Notes: a model not told the origin generated them from the letters alone. 63,874 bases of DNA, filler included, from an uncultured Methanosarcinales archaeon (GCA_964604995.1; 3 parts of 3 records of this genome joined end to end with filler, not necessarily neighbours in it), one strand, 5' to 3'; numbered from the whole stretch's first letter, positions 9,329 to 21,399 are shown. Translations and numbers: made by a program.

Positions 9329-11890
9329 ATGGGAATAACTAGCATTTTTAGTGCAATTGGAAACCTTGCAATCACCTATTGGAATAGTGCAATACAATAT
9401 GGTTTTGAATTTGAACATCCTGAAAGAATTTGGTACTTTGTACCTATATTTTTGATATTTATTTTCTTTTTAAGAAAAGAATTCATCTTTATGAGAGAAA
9501 GCAATAAAATGAAAGATGAAAGAGTTAGAAAACGGGTAAAAAAATATCGCATATTTATGTTCTTTAGCAGAGGGGCAATATTTTTCTTATTAGTAATTGC
9601 ACTTTCTGGCCCCATTTTGAATATAAAAGAAAAAATAACCGGCGAGAGAAGTATAACAATACTAGTTGATAAATCTGATTCAATGGATGTTTATGATTTA
9701 AACTTTGTTCCTAATCTTGAATCTGAATTAGCTAAAGAAATACCTGTAAAAGTTACAACAATGGGACAAAATACAAGATCGAATATTGGAGATGGAATTT
9801 TATCAAATCTTGGCAAAAATAAAAATTTATTATTAATTACTGATGGAAATACTAATTCAGGTTCTGTTCTTGGTGATGTCGCATTGTTTGCATCTGATTT
9901 AAATGCAACAATTAGTTATGTTGAAATCACTCCTTCAAAAAATGATTATTCTATTACAATTGAAGGGCCTTCTAAAGTGCTATCTTATTCTGATATAGAA
10001 TTTAAAGTGATTGTTAAATCAACAAAATCAATAGATGCAGATATTGAAACAAAAATACTTGTTGACGGTAAATCAGTTTTATCTCAAAAACAAAAAAGTG
10101 AAGATACACTAACTTATACTTTTGTTCAATCTTTTACAGATGGACAGCATCAAATTGAGGCATCAATTCCTGTTAATGATCATTTTTCACAAAACAATGT
10201 TTTTTACAAAACTGTAAAATCAGTCCCTAAACCAAAAATACTTTTCCTTAGTAAAAAAACTTCACCATTAGAACAAATATTTAACAAATTATATGATACT
10301 GATAAAAGAGAAACAATTCCTGATAATTTAAATGAATACTATGCAGTTATTATAAATGATATGCAAGCATCCTCTTTTTCAACAAGTGATATCAACAAAC
10401 TTGGTGATTTTATAAATGATGGAAATGGTCTTGTGGTATTTGGCGGAGATAATTCTTTTGAATATGGTAAATACCAAGATTCTCAACTTTTATCATTGCT
10501 TCCTGTAACAATTGGTCAAGGTGAAAAACAACCAAGACCTGATTTAAATGCAGTTGTTGTAATTGATGCTTCTTATATGTATGAACCTAGACTCGAATCT
10601 GTTCCTTTGGCAAAATCCCACGCAATAAATTTAATGTCTCAATTTAGGGTAAATGATAATGTGGGTGTTGTTGCTTTTGCAGAACAATATTACACTTTAT
10701 CTGCAATCAATAAAATGACAATAGATCATAGCGCTGATATAAATGATAAAATAACTAGGCTTAAACCTGTGCCTGAAGAAACATGCACTAATCCAAGGGT
10801 TTGCAGTAATGAAATTGCGGGTTTAACAGGAGCATACCAACTTTTAGAAGGTACGAGTGGTAAAAAATGGGCTTTTTTATACAGTGATGGATGTTTTGCA
10901 GATTATTCTTATGGGATGAGTCCTAGGTTAATAGAAAAATTAATTGATGATTATAAAAAACAAAATATTGTGCTTTATACAACCATGACACTTAGGCCTA
11001 AAATTGGAGATGTTACAATTTATCCATTTGCAGTTACCGGATGTGAAAATTCACTTAGGAAACTTGCAGAAGGAACAGGTGGAATATATTTCCCACCTTC
11101 AGATTCTGAAAGAATGAAACTAGTTTTTGGTAAACAAACAGATATTCAAGAAGAAGAAAATGGTGGACTTAAAAGTATTATGACTTTAAACAGATATCAT
11201 TTTATCACTGAAGATTTTGAGCCAACAGCGAAAATTACAGGATACAATCAAATTGTTCCAAAAGCGAATGGTAAATTACTTATGACTACAAGTATGGGCG
11301 ATCCACTTCTTGTTGTTTGGAGATTTGGTGTTGGAAGAGTTGTAACATTTGGTACTGATGATGGAACAGCTTGGGCAGGTCAAGTTTTGAATAAAGACAA
11401 CTCAAAATTAATATCCAGGATGTTAAACTGGGCTATTGGCGATCCTGAAAGAAAACTTGAGGTTTACACTCAAGTTCCAGATGGCATAATTAATGAAACT
11501 AATGAAGTAACTGTTAAATCTACAAAATATCCTAAATCAGAAGGCTTAAGTTTTTACAAAGTCGATGATGATATCTATACTGCAAAATTCAAAGCAGATA
11601 AAATGGGATTTAATCAAATTGCAGGAAATACTTATGCTTCAAATTATAAATTAGAATATGAAACTCTTTCACTTAATTCGCAGTTAGATGAGATTGTATC
11701 GGCGACAGATGGAAAAATATTTAAACCAACAGATGCCAAGGAAATATTAGATTTCGTCAGTAAACGTAGCGAGAGAATTGATGTGCAAAAAAATAAGGTA
11801 TCTTGGCCTTTTGTAGTTATTGCGTTGTTAATATTTTTAATTGAAGTGCTCATAAGAAGAGTGGAAGAGCAATTAAGAAAAGCTGATTGA
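9329..11890 (+). CDS. vWA / glutamine-amidotransferase-like domain membrane protein
   Basis: DKSDSM...TDG vWA domain, Ig-like segment ending D.F.QNN, GNGLVVFGG..SF and G.GRV...W (GATase-like), C-terminal TM. Confidence 0.85.
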   Translation: MGITSIFSAIGNLAITYWNSAIQYGFEFEHPERIWYFVPIFLIFIFFLRKEFIFMRESNKMKDERVRKRVKKYRIFMFFSRGAIFFLLVIALSGPILNIKEKITGERSITILVDKSDSMDVYDLNFVPNLESELAKEIPVKVTTMGQNTRSNIGDGILSNLGKNKNLLLITDGNTNSGSVLGDVALFASDLNATISYVEITPSKNDYSITIEGPSKVLSYSDIEFKVIVKSTKSIDADIETKILVDGKSVLSQKQKSEDTLTYTFVQSFTDGQHQIEASIPVNDHFSQNNVFYKTVKSVPKPKILFLSKKTSPLEQIFNKLYDTDKRETIPDNLNEYYAVIINDMQASSFSTSDINKLGDFINDGNGLVVFGGDNSFEYGKYQDSQLLSLLPVTIGQGEKQPRPDLNAVVVIDASYMYEPRLESVPLAKSHAINLMSQFRVNDNVGVVAFAEQYYTLSAINKMTIDHSADINDKITRLKPVPEETCTNPRVCSNEIAGLTGAYQLLEGTSGKKWAFLYSDGCFADYSYGMSPRLIEKLIDDYKKQNIVLYTTMTLRPKIGDVTIYPFAVTGCENSLRKLAEGTGGIYFPPSDSERMKLVFGKQTDIQEEENGGLKSIMTLNRYHFITEDFEPTAKITGYNQIVPKANGKLLMTTSMGDPLLVVWRFGVGRVVTFGTDDGTAWAGQVLNKDNSKLISRMLNWAIGDPERKLEVYTQVPDGIINETNEVTVKSTKYPKSEGLSFYKVDDDIYTAKFKADKMGFNQIAGNTYASNYKLEYETLSLNSQLDEIVSATDGKIFKPTDAKEILDFVSKRSERIDVQKNKVSWPFVVIALLIFLIEVLIRRVEEQLRKAD

Positions 11891-11996
11891 AAGTTGATTA
11901 AAAACTAAAATAAAAAATAAATAATTATATTTTATAATTCAAATCATAAACATCAAATCATAAACATCAAAATCTAAATGAAATGGAAGTGAAAAT

Positions 11997-12530
11997 ATGG
12001 CAGACTCATTCATGAACAAAAATGTAAATCTTATTTTAGTTTTTGTGATTATATTTGTGGTAGGTGGCATTGCAGTAGCGACTGTTTATTTTCAAGATAT
12101 ATTTTCTGCAATAACTGGAAAATATAGTTCAACAACTGACCAATTGATTAATACCCAAGATGAACTTACTAAGTACAAATCTTTGTATGAAGATACTCTT
12201 ATAAAATTAAATCAAACTCAATCAATAACTGAAGCTGAAAAATCAGATTTGAGGCAAGTTTACATTGTGAAAAAAGATCTGGCAGAACAATTAAATGGTA
12301 CTCTTGTTTCAACTCAAACTCAATTATCCAACACTCAACAAATTTTATTTGATACTTCTAATCAATTAACTGAAAAAACAAATTTATACAACAATGCGTT
12401 AAACGATATAACTTCTTTGAGGGCAGATTTAACTTCAAGAGATTTAACTATCTCTAATTTAAGAACTTCAGTTACTAGTTTAAGAAGTCAATTAACAAGC
12501 TGTCAAGATCAGTTAAGTGGCGGCGGCTAA
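11997..12530 (+). CDS. Membrane-anchored coiled-coil protein
   Basis: N-terminal TM followed by T/Q/L heptad repeats. Confidence 0.75.
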   Translation: MADSFMNKNVNLILVFVIIFVVGGIAVATVYFQDIFSAITGKYSSTTDQLINTQDELTKYKSLYEDTLIKLNQTQSITEAEKSDLRQVYIVKKDLAEQLNGTLVSTQTQLSNTQQILFDTSNQLTEKTNLYNNALNDITSLRADLTSRDLTISNLRTSVTSLRSQLTSCQDQLSGGG

Positions 12531-12538
12531 GGTGTATT

Positions 12539-13273
12539 ATGAATGATATCTTTAAAATACTAAGAGAAATTCGCCTTGAAATGTTTAAGGTTGTAATTTT
12601 AGAGAGTTTTTTAGATGCAACTTTACTTTTTATGGGCACATTTCTTATTTTTAGTTTGTTTAATTTTTATCCTTCTTTGGCAATAATTCCTGCAGTTATA
12701 TTTTTGGGATATTTAATATTTACAAGGATGAGAAAATTCAGGCTTAAAAATGTGGAAGATAGGAATCCAATAATTCGAGAAATGTTAAGAACTGCAGCTG
12801 ACAATGCAAATCAAGATAATTTTGTCATTAGGGCATTAAATACAGAACTAATAAAAAAAATGAGATCAGTTACTAGCGCATCATTTATGAAATTAAATCG
12901 TGTCATTTTCAAAATTGGGGGAATTGCTATTTTATCAGTGCTTATAATCTATATTTCAACAATGCAAATTCGTTTACTTGATATGGATAAAATTTTACAT
13001 CCTAATTTTAATCCAAATGCTAAAGAAGGATCATTACAAGACTTATTTGGTGATAAAGAAGTATTACCTCAACTAGGCAATAAAGCAGTTAGCATAAAAT
13101 TAAATCCACTTAGTTATGAAGTTAATATTGACAAAATAAGTGATGCTAAACCTAAAGAATTTAGAAATGATTTCCCTCAAGAAATTGTTGCAGTACAAGA
13201 AAAAAGTTATGATGAAAATATACCAAGACAACAGCAAATTATTATCAAAAATTATTTTAGTAGTTTAAATTAA
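12539..13273 (+). CDS. Membrane protein associated with the MoxR operon
   Basis: 3 TM segments and a VE..NP...LRTA.D motif; operonic position. Confidence 0.75.
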   Translation: MNDIFKILREIRLEMFKVVILESFLDATLLFMGTFLIFSLFNFYPSLAIIPAVIFLGYLIFTRMRKFRLKNVEDRNPIIREMLRTAADNANQDNFVIRALNTELIKKMRSVTSASFMKLNRVIFKIGGIAILSVLIIYISTMQIRLLDMDKILHPNFNPNAKEGSLQDLFGDKEVLPQLGNKAVSIKLNPLSYEVNIDKISDAKPKEFRNDFPQEIVAVQEKSYDENIPRQQQIIIKNYFSSLN

Positions 13274-13377
13274 TATTTATATATTCAACATCAAAATTAA
13301 TATATTCATTGATCAATATTAATTAATCAATATTAATTAATGTTTATTTAAAAATCGGGTAGAAAGGAGGAATAAAA

Positions 13378-14346
13378 ATGGCGGACAAAGAAATTGAAAA
13401 AATAAAAAATATTGATAAACTGAAAGATACTTTTAAAAATGTCGAGGAAGAGATAGGTAAAGTCATAGTTGGTCAAAGTCAAATTATTGAACAAATTTTA
13501 ATTGCAATTCTTTGCGATTCAAATGCACTGCTTGAATCTTATCCTGGTCTTGGTAAAACACTTACAATTAGTACAGTTGCCAAAGTTTTGGATTTGAAAT
13601 TCAAAAGAATTCAAAGTACACCAGATTTAATGCCATCAGATATTACCGGCACTTATGTTATTGAAGAGAGTGGTGGCAAAAAAGTTTTCAAATTTCAGCC
13701 AGGGCCAATTTTTGCAAATATTGTTTTAGCTGATGAACTAAATAGGGCAACACCAAAAACACAAGCAGCTCTTTTAGAAGCAATGCAAGAAAAACAAGTG
13801 ACTGTTGGTAATCAAACTTTTCCATTGGAAAAGCCATTTTTTGTATTGGCAACTCAAAATCCAATTGAACAAGAAGGAACATATCCTTTGCCAGAAGCTC
13901 AAACTGATAGATTTTTGCTTAAAATCAAAGTGGATTATCCTTCTTACGATGAAGAACTTGAGATTGTTGAAAGATTCACAAAAGAAATTGATATGCCTGA
14001 TATAAAACCTTTACTTAGCAAAAATAGTTTGTTGATGTTACAAAATTTAACAAGGCAAGTGCCTATTGCTAATGACATCAAAAAAAGAGCAGTAGAAATT
14101 GTCACCAATACAAGAAAATGGAAAGAAGTAATTGAGTATGGAGCATCCCCTAGAGCTTCAATTGGTTTAATTCTTGCTGCAAAAGCAAGAGCATTATTAG
14201 ATGGCAGAAAATTTGTCAGTCAGTCTGATATTGAAGCAATGGCATATCCAGTCTTAAGACATAGGATAATACTTACTTTTGAAGCAGAAAGGCAAGGCAA
14301 GACAACTGATGATGTAATCAAAGATTTAATTGAAAAGAAAAAATAA
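13378..14346 (+). CDS. moxR: MoxR-family AAA+ ATPase
   Basis: PGLGKT, RIQ.TPDLMPSDITG, LADELNRATPKTQAALLEAMQE, ATQNPIEQEGTYPLPEAQ.DRF. Confidence 0.97.
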   Translation: MADKEIEKIKNIDKLKDTFKNVEEEIGKVIVGQSQIIEQILIAILCDSNALLESYPGLGKTLTISTVAKVLDLKFKRIQSTPDLMPSDITGTYVIEESGGKKVFKFQPGPIFANIVLADELNRATPKTQAALLEAMQEKQVTVGNQTFPLEKPFFVLATQNPIEQEGTYPLPEAQTDRFLLKIKVDYPSYDEELEIVERFTKEIDMPDIKPLLSKNSLLMLQNLTRQVPIANDIKKRAVEIVTNTRKWKEVIEYGASPRASIGLILAAKARALLDGRKFVSQSDIEAMAYPVLRHRIILTFEAERQGKTTDDVIKDLIEKKK

Positions 14347-14437
14347 AAAAATATATTAAAAAACGAGGAAAAAAGTGAACATAAAACAATTGAACATGGA
14401 TTTGTTCACTTAATTTCACTTATTTAATTGAGAAAAA

Positions 14438-15289
14438 ATGGCAATAAAAATAGATTTCCTAAGGGAGCTAGATAAGTTTAATCTAATCATAAAAAAGAAA
14501 GTTACATCTAGCTACAGTGGACCTCGTGAATCCAAAGAATTTGGAAGGGGACTTGTCTTTAAAGACCATAAAGAATATGTTGCAGGTGATGATTTTAGAG
14601 CTGTTGATTGGAATTTATTTGCAAGAACTGAAACTTATTATATCAAAAGATATGAAGAAGAAAGAAACTTAACTGTGCACATAATTGTGGATGGTTCAGC
14701 TAGTATGAACTATGGCAAAGATATCAAAAAATTTGAATATGCTGCAATGATTGGTCTTGGATTTGCTTATATGGCTTTGAAAAATAATGAAAAATTTGTT
14801 TTCTCAATTTTTTCTGATAAGTTAGAGCCACTTCGTCCAAAAAAAGGGATGAGACATCTTATGGAAATAATTAGCAGATTAAATCAACACAAAGTAGCTG
14901 GTAAATCAAACATTCGTGATGCAATGACTCAGTACAAAAAATTTATCACTTCTAGAAGTTTAGTTGTTTTAATTTCTGATATGCTAATTGATGCAAATGA
15001 ATTAAAACAAATTCTTCCCGAATTCAAAAAACATGAACTATACATTGTTCAAGTGTTAGATCCAATTGAAAAAGAATTTGATATGACTGGTGATTTAGTA
15101 TTGCACGATGCCGAAACAAATGTTGTTCTTAGAACTTTTATTAGTAGAAAACTTCGAGAGGAATATAAGGGAAGATTAACTGACCATACAGCCGAAGTTG
15201 AAATTGTATGCAAGAAATTAAATGCTAAATTTATCTCAGTTACAACAGATAATCCTGTTTTCGATGTTTTTGCAAAGTTAATGAGATAA
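14438..15289 (+). CDS. DUF58 (vWA-like) MoxR partner
   Basis: G..F.DHKEY..GDD.R.VDWN..AR, YEEE, D.SASM, ISD. Confidence 0.93.
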   Translation: MAIKIDFLRELDKFNLIIKKKVTSSYSGPRESKEFGRGLVFKDHKEYVAGDDFRAVDWNLFARTETYYIKRYEEERNLTVHIIVDGSASMNYGKDIKKFEYAAMIGLGFAYMALKNNEKFVFSIFSDKLEPLRPKKGMRHLMEIISRLNQHKVAGKSNIRDAMTQYKKFITSRSLVVLISDMLIDANELKQILPEFKKHELYIVQVLDPIEKEFDMTGDLVLHDAETNVVLRTFISRKLREEYKGRLTDHTAEVEIVCKKLNAKFISVTTDNPVFDVFAKLMR

Positions 15290-15366
15290 TCGATCTTCTT
15301 TATGGGTTAATTAAAATAAAATTTAAAAAATAAATTAAAAAATCATATTATTAAAAAATATATTAC

Positions 15367-16374
<1,008 letters not shown>

Positions 16375-16432
16375 TTAATTTTCTTTGTTTTTTTTTATTT
16401 TTTTAATTACTTTATTTTTAATAATCACAAAA

Positions 16433-16449
16433 ATCATACTATGTATGAT
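16433..16449. promoter_or_regulatory. Palindromic candidate operator between gap and the D-LDH-like gene
   Basis: ATCATAC-TAT-GTATGAT perfect 7-bp inverted repeat. Confidence 0.3.
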
Positions 16450-16627
16450 ACTTTATTGTATAAACATAATAACCAATTTAAATGTTTTTTGGTTAATAAA
16501 TATTTAAGAGTAAATTCATAATATATTTGTTAGTCTAATCAAACATATACTTCTCTTAAATACATTTCTTAAAAATTTTGTTTAACCCATTAACGAAAGT
16601 ATTAAATAATCACAGTTTAAATATTAT

Positions 16628-17677
16628 TTGATGGTTAAAATAACTAAATCTAAAATAACACACCCCAAAAAAGTCAGGATTGCTTTTTTTGATATCCAAG
16701 AGTGGGAAAAAAAGCATATAATTAATAGATTTCATGGCTTTAAAGTCAAACTTTTTTCAGAGCAGTTAAATGAAAAAACAGTTGAACTTGCAAAAAACTT
16801 TGATGTAATATCTATTTTTATTTATTCTAAAATTGATAAAGCTTTACTTTCAAAACTTCCTAATTTAAAGATGATTGCAACAAGATCTACAGGTTTTGAT
16901 CATATTGATACTTTAGAATGCAACAAAAAAAAGATTGTTGTTTGCAATGTTCCAAGGTATGGTGATACTACTGTTGCTGAGCACGCATTTGCATTAATAC
17001 TCTCTCTTGCAAGAAAAATACATAAAAGCTATGAAAGAACTATTAGGGCAGATTTTTCAAATGATGGGCTTTGTGGATTTGATCTTCGTGGAAAAACATT
17101 AGGAGTTATTGGAACTGGCAATATTGGAAAGAATGTAATTAGAATTGCCAAAGGATTTGAGTTTAATATCTTAGCATATGATGCATTTCCCAACAAAAAT
17201 CTTGCCACTGAAATGAATTTTAAATATGTAACTTTGAATTATTTGCTAAAAAATTCAGATATAATAACTTTACATACTCCTTATCTTCCAAGTACTTATC
17301 ATCTTATAAACACTGCAAGTATATCTAAAATGAAAAAAGGTGCATTTTTGATTAACACTGCAAGAGGCGCACTTGTTGATACTAAATCACTTATGAAAGC
17401 TTTGATTAATAAAAAGTTGGGTGGAGCCGGATTAGATGCAATTGAAGAAGAAGATGTGATAAAAAAAGAAGAACAAATTCTAATTGATAAAATGTCAAAT
17501 GAAAAAATCAAAACTTTGCTTGAAGATCATATTTTATTAAAATTGGACAATGTAATAATAACTCCACACAATGCTTATAACAGTAAAGAAGCTTTGCAAA
17601 GAATTCTTAATACCACCATTGATAATATCCAATCTTTTAACAAAGGAAATACTATAAATCAAGTAAAAATAAAATAA
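16628..17677 (+). CDS. D-isomer-specific 2-hydroxyacid dehydrogenase (D-lactate dehydrogenase-like)
   Basis: RSTGFDHID, VAEH, GTGNIG, INTARG, GAGLD, TPHNA. Confidence 0.92.
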   Translation: MMVKITKSKITHPKKVRIAFFDIQEWEKKHIINRFHGFKVKLFSEQLNEKTVELAKNFDVISIFIYSKIDKALLSKLPNLKMIATRSTGFDHIDTLECNKKKIVVCNVPRYGDTTVAEHAFALILSLARKIHKSYERTIRADFSNDGLCGFDLRGKTLGVIGTGNIGKNVIRIAKGFEFNILAYDAFPNKNLATEMNFKYVTLNYLLKNSDIITLHTPYLPSTYHLINTASISKMKKGAFLINTARGALVDTKSLMKALINKKLGGAGLDAIEEEDVIKKEEQILIDKMSNEKIKTLLEDHILLKLDNVIITPHNAYNSKEALQRILNTTIDNIQSFNKGNTINQVKIK

Positions 17678-17711
17678 TGGTTTTTCATTATTAATTTTTA
17701 TCTTTTCTTCT

Positions 17712-17834
17712 TTAAGATTTTAACTTAACTTCATGTCTGCAGAAATTGCAATGTATTGAAACTAGACCTGAATAATTATCAAATTTTATTTTATGACCAC
17801 AACTTGGGCAATTCTTTGTTACTTCTTCATTCAC
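17712..17834 (-). CDS. 40-aa zinc-ribbon microprotein (missed by the ORF track)
   Basis: GTG start gives MNEEVTKNCPSCGHKIKFDNYSGLVSIHCNFCRHEVKLKS with two CxxC knuckles; SD-like GGATTGA upstream. Confidence 0.65.
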   Translation of the reverse strand: MNEEVTKNCPSCGHKIKFDNYSGLVSIHCNFCRHEVKLKS

Positions 17835-17941
17835 ATAAATCAATCCATGTCGTTACTGCTTTTTTGTTACTATTAAGTCTTATTGGTGTTTTCTAATCTA
17901 ACTCTTTGTTTTATTAAATAATCTTTTATCAAATTTCTGTT

Positions 17942-18928
17942 TTAAATTCTTAGATTATGAAATTCAAAGCTTTCTTTTGAAATTGCATTTACTGCTTCAT
18001 TCCATTTCAATAATTTATTTTTTGCTCCTTTATGCATTAAAATTGACTCAGCATTAACCATTGCAATTTTCAAGGATTTTTTAAAATTATTTGTTTTTAT
18101 TAATGATGCTATAAATGCTGATGCAAAAGCATCTCCTGCACCAGTTGTCTCAACAACTTTTACATGGTGGCTTGGAATAAAATATGCAGTTTTTCCGTCG
18201 TAAGCATGAACACCTTTATTACCATTTGTAATTATGACATATTTTGGATTTGCAAAATGTAATCCTTTTAACAAAAATTCAGGTTTTGCATTAACCATCC
18301 CTAAAAGCAAATTTGCCTCTTCCATATTAAGTATCAAAACATTTGTATTTTGAATTATTTTTTTAACAAAGTGCATTCCTTTTTTTGCAAGATAACTGCT
18401 TGGATTAAATGCAATTAGTATTCCTTTTTTTTGTGCAAATTCACTTAATTTTTCTAAAGTTGTATAACTTTCGTTTATCATGGATGAAAAATAAAACCAT
18501 TTTGTTTGGAGTTTTGCTTTTTTTATTTTTTCAAAACATAAATGGTCATTGACACCTTTGTAAGTAAGTATTGTTCTATCATCTTCAATACTGTCTAAAA
18601 CAATAGAGTAACCAGTCATATCGTCGCCGAAATTTCCAATAAATTCAACTTTTTCTTTTTTGAGCTCCTCTAAAATTTTTTTAGCATTCTCATCTTTTCC
18701 AAGTTTTCCAAGATAAGCAGTTTTTAGCCCTAATCTAGAAAAACTAACTGCAGTATTTGTTCCGCCTCCACCTGATAAAAATTTTAAATCTTTAATAATT
18801 ATTTTTGAACCAGTGGGATATGCCAAAAAATCTTCTTCGCCACAAGGGTTCATTATTTTAATTAAATCAGATTCAGTATCTGCAAAGACATCAATTGTTG
18901 CACTGCCCACAGTTATTACATCAAACAT
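17942..18928 (-). CDS. PfkB-family carbohydrate kinase
   Basis: GGGGTNTAVSFSRLG and ETTGAGDAF; start moved to MFDVITVG. Confidence 0.93.
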   Translation of the reverse strand: MFDVITVGSATIDVFADTESDLIKIMNPCGEEDFLAYPTGSKIIIKDLKFLSGGGGTNTAVSFSRLGLKTAYLGKLGKDENAKKILEELKKEKVEFIGNFGDDMTGYSIVLDSIEDDRTILTYKGVNDHLCFEKIKKAKLQTKWFYFSSMINESYTTLEKLSEFAQKKGILIAFNPSSYLAKKGMHFVKKIIQNTNVLILNMEEANLLLGMVNAKPEFLLKGLHFANPKYVIITNGNKGVHAYDGKTAYFIPSHHVKVVETTGAGDAFASAFIASLIKTNNFKKSLKIAMVNAESILMHKGAKNKLLKWNEAVNAISKESFEFHNLRI

Positions 18929-19224
18929 ATTTTTAATATTGCTAATTTGATTTATAAACATATTGATTAATTGGTATGTAGTTACAGTCAAATAAGGTTG
19001 TAAAAATGATAAAAAATGCTAAAAACGCTATTTTGTTTATGAAATATAATCTTCTTATATATTTAATATACTAATTTTTTGTTTAATTTAATTTATTTTC
19101 ATTATTGAAAATAAATGCTTTTCGCTATGCTTTTAAATGTTGTTTTCAATACATTTTTAGACGAGAAAATAAATCAGGTAATAATGTCGGGTTATGGGCA
19201 GTATATTTAAGCAATGGTGAAAAA

Positions 19225-19752
19225 ATGGGCGGCAAATTAGTTAAACTAAATAAAAGTGCTTTTGTAAATATATTAACTTCATGTCTTGAAGTTTATAAGA
19301 AAGAGAGCTATGGAGTTTTGATGGGCAAAGCATTTAATGGCCACAGTGTTGTTTCACAATCTGTTAATTTTCAAAGTGCAAAAAGAACTTATGATCTTGT
19401 TGACGTGCACCCAAAAAGAGAAAAAAGAATGATTAGGACTTTAAATTATTTAACTAATCATAAATTAGTTGGTGATTTTCATTCGCATTCGGACTATCCA
19501 GATAGATTAAGTAAATATGATAAAGAAGATCTTCTAGGTAAAGCAGATAAATGGGTTTCAATGCTTCTTGTTATAAAAAATACAAATAAAAGCATGCCTT
19601 GGGTTTATAATAAACAAGGAAAACATCTTTCCGGAAGTGTTAGTAACAAATATTTTGTAAAAATACATGCATATAAAAATGTCGAAGGAAGAATAATGAA
19701 AATTCCAATAGAATGCAATTATGTTGATAAATTAAACGAAGTGCATTTTTAA
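19225..19752 (+). CDS. JAB1/MPN (JAMM) metalloprotease-domain protein
   Basis: E.YGVL.G and GDFHSH-x5-LSxxD JAMM-like motif; GGTGA SD before the ATG at 19225. Confidence 0.8.
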   Translation: MGGKLVKLNKSAFVNILTSCLEVYKKESYGVLMGKAFNGHSVVSQSVNFQSAKRTYDLVDVHPKREKRMIRTLNYLTNHKLVGDFHSHSDYPDRLSKYDKEDLLGKADKWVSMLLVIKNTNKSMPWVYNKQGKHLSGSVSNKYFVKIHAYKNVEGRIMKIPIECNYVDKLNEVHF

Positions 19753-19882
19753 TAAATTGTTTAAAAAATTATTTTCCACAACATTTTTAAAGCGTCTCTT
19801 TTTCCCTTAGCTTGTGATAAATTATTATAATAGTTATAAATGCGCAAAAATAGCGAATAAATACTAAGGATTGGTGATTGTT

Positions 19883-20218
19883 ATGGTAAAAAAAACGGGC
19901 GGGTTTAGACGAAAGACAAGACAAAAACTCAAAAAAACATTAAGACAAAAGGGAAAAATCAGTTTAAGCAAATATTTTCAAGAATTCAATGAAGGAGATA
20001 TGGTATGTTTACACTATGAACCAGCTGTTCAAGGTGGAATGTATCACCCTATGTTCCATGGTAAAATGGGAATGATTAGTGGGAAGAGGGGAAGCAACTA
20101 TTTTGTTCTAATTCAAGATGGTGATAAAATGAAAAAATTAATTGTGCACCCGGTCCATTTAATCAAAGCTAAAACGCAAGTTGAAGCAGCCAAAATAAAA
20201 TCAGATAAAAAAAGGTGA
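19883..20218 (+). CDS. rpl21e: 50S ribosomal protein eL21
   Basis: G.RRKTR, FHGK.G, DGDK.K.LIVHPVHL. Confidence 0.95.
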   Translation: MVKKTGGFRRKTRQKLKKTLRQKGKISLSKYFQEFNEGDMVCLHYEPAVQGGMYHPMFHGKMGMISGKRGSNYFVLIQDGDKMKKLIVHPVHLIKAKTQVEAAKIKSDKKR

Positions 20219-20225
20219 TTAAAAA

Positions 20226-20573
20226 ATGACTAAACCTGAAGTTTTATTGGAAACTCCAATCAATATCGTGGAACTCAAATCAGAAATTGACAAAATTAGA
20301 AAACGTGATAAAGAATTAAATTTTAGAGCAGAAAGAACTGAAGAGTATCTTAATCATGTTGTTCACATTTCAAGTGCTAAAGGAAAAGAACTTTATGATA
20401 AAATAGAAAAACTCAATGTTCCTAGACTTAAAAATGTTCACATCCATAAAATATTGGACACTATGCCAACAAATGTTGAATCATTAAAAGCAATTTTACA
20501 AGGTTATGTCATAACTATATCTGCTGAAAACTTAAAAAAAATGGTAGATTTAGTAAATGAATATGATGAATAA
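20226..20573 (+). CDS. rpoF: RNA polymerase subunit Rpo4 (RpoF)
   Basis: ELNF...RT.EYL and KILD.MP.....LK motifs; conserved position between rpl21e and DUF655. Confidence 0.85.
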   Translation: MTKPEVLLETPINIVELKSEIDKIRKRDKELNFRAERTEEYLNHVVHISSAKGKELYDKIEKLNVPRLKNVHIHKILDTMPTNVESLKAILQGYVITISAENLKKMVDLVNEYDE

Positions 20574-20742
20574 ATAACTAAACACTATTTTTATTTAATT
20601 TTTATTTTATTTCTATTTTTTTGTTTTAATTATTTAAGTTGATGCTAAATTTTAATATCTAAATGATGGCAAGCTTTATATATAAGAGACTCCCTAAAAT
20701 GTTCAGATATGTTAAGGGTTGATATACTAGGAGTGGATAAGA

Positions 20743-21327
20743 ATGGATTTAACACAGACTACAAGCTTGCAAAAAGCTATAAAAGAAGAAAAAGCAATTG
20801 TGTTGGACTTCTTGCCAAACGGCTATCCATTTGATTCAAGACCTAGCCACAAAAAAACTCCAATTGTGCAAGCATTAGGTACACAACATTTCGTACTTCT
20901 TGAATTAGTTCCAAAAAAGGATATATTTTTGCAGCCATATAAAGAAGTTTATATTGGTGAAGGCAAAAGGGACGACATACATCATATAATTGGAAGATTA
21001 CCAGTTGATAGGCTAACACAAACTGCAAGAAGCGAGCTTGAATTTGTAGTTAAAGATATAATCAAAAAAGAAGAAAAAAGATTTGTCAATTTCTTTAATA
21101 CTGCAAGTCCACTAACAACTAGAATGCACCAACTTGAACTTTTGCCAGGTCTTGGAAAAAAGCACATGTGGGAAATTATTGAATTAAGAGATGATCAACC
21201 ATTTGAAAATTTTGATGATCTCAAAAAAAGAGTAAAGCTTATGCCTGACCCAGAAAAAGCAATAATCAAAAGAATTTTAATGGAAATTCAAGGTCAAGAA
21301 AAGCATAATCTTTTTGCTGAAAAATAA
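20743..21327 (+). CDS. DUF655 RNA-binding protein
   Basis: VLDFLP.G, LLEL, PLTTRMHQLELLPG.GKK. Confidence 0.93.
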   Translation: MDLTQTTSLQKAIKEEKAIVLDFLPNGYPFDSRPSHKKTPIVQALGTQHFVLLELVPKKDIFLQPYKEVYIGEGKRDDIHHIIGRLPVDRLTQTARSELEFVVKDIIKKEEKRFVNFFNTASPLTTRMHQLELLPGLGKKHMWEIIELRDDQPFENFDDLKKRVKLMPDPEKAIIKRILMEIQGQEKHNLFAEK

Positions 21328-21399
21328 ATTTTTTTTATTCTAAATCTCCTTCCCTATTTCTTTTATTCAAAATAATCATTCAAAATATATTTAAAACAA

